From NCBI GenBank assembly GCA_943788985.1, contig CALSSJ010000005.1, positions 128,001 to 192,000 on the forward strand: a stretch of 64,000 bases of DNA. Direction: 5' to 3'. Source of the stretch: an uncultured Lentisphaerales bacterium. Lineage in GTDB: Bacteria; Verrucomicrobiota; Lentisphaeria; JABSQK01; UBA12247. Below the pieces are notes generated by a model. The model saw only the letters and a program-made list of their open reading frames with translations, was not told the origin of the DNA and did no database searches. Below are positions 63,566-64,000 of this stretch, piece by piece (position 1 is the stretch's first letter; each line of letters opens with the position of its first letter). The translations under genes were made by a program, and so were the position numbers.

Positions 63566-64000
63566 CGTGGGGCTTGTGGCGCAAATCCCGCAGAAGGGCA
63601 ACACCGCCTACACTCTGGATACGATGCACAAGCACCTGCAGGAGGCCGAAGAGGGGACCTGGTACGTGCGGATCAGCGACGTGGTGGAGAATCGCGACAT
63701 CTTTGACTTTCGTGGCGACACGCCTGCGATTCCTGCGTCGAACCAGAAGTTGGTGACTGCTGTCGCCGCGCTGATGACGCTGGGACCCGCGCATCGGGCG
63801 AGGACTGAAGTGTACGCCACAGGGCCAATTGAGGACGGGACGCTGCATGGCGACCTGCTGTTTCGTGGGTTTGGCGGGGTTCACTTCACGGGCCGTTATC
63901 CGCGGAGTGCTACGCCCAAGGAGAAGAACGACCGGCTTCGCCTCCAAGCGCAACGCATGATTCGGGCACTGCACGATGCCGGAATTCGCCGGGTGGATGG
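63492..64000 (+). CDS. dacB: D-Ala-D-Ala carboxypeptidase/endopeptidase PBP4 (3' truncated by window)
   Basis: Translated by hand: signal-like segment, PASNQKLVTA.AAL..LG and G.L.GDL..RG.G motifs. Start uncertain. Confidence 0.8.
   Translation, partial: MINLSKRCPTASAYRILLLVCLTSSVGLVAQIPQKGNTAYTLDTMHKHLQEAEEGTWYVRISDVVENRDIFDFRGDTPAIPASNQKLVTAVAALMTLGPAHRARTEVYATGPIEDGTLHGDLLFRGFGGVHFTGRYPRSATPKEKNDRLRLQAQRMIRALHDAGIRRVD

Overview
A GC-rich bacterial chromosomal segment. The DUF1559/H-X9-DG prepilins, PVC-type sugar-dehydrogenase/cytochrome c proteins, peptidoglycan genes and ftsQ suggest the PVC superphylum, possibly Lentisphaerae-like (inference). It holds mostly housekeeping and envelope genes (aroE, lpxK, ABC-F, ribF, ftsH, mrdA, queD, amidase, murC, fucI, leuS, lpxA, queG, ftsQ, dacB). 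It also has eukaryote-like signalling parts (Ser/Thr kinase, pseudokinase, FHA, PPP phosphatase), large secreted proteins and several pseudogenes. I saw no tRNA, rRNA, CRISPR array or intact transposase. The strongest unexplained signal is a 13-15 bp quasi-palindrome, (T)TGCGRASTYCGCA(A), with at least 20 exact copies by eye against about 0.01 expected. Every copy is inside a coding sequence, in all three frames and both orientations, which suggests an undescribed DNA-level site (nucleoid or chromosome-organisation site, uptake sequence or HIP-like repeat). Other signals are a three-copy ~105 bp palindromic intergenic element, a two-copy ~240 bp dispersed repeat, and a small-peptide/pilin-adhesin operon with a candidate sigma54 promoter. 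Many single-base frameshifts in the right half look like sequencing indel errors.
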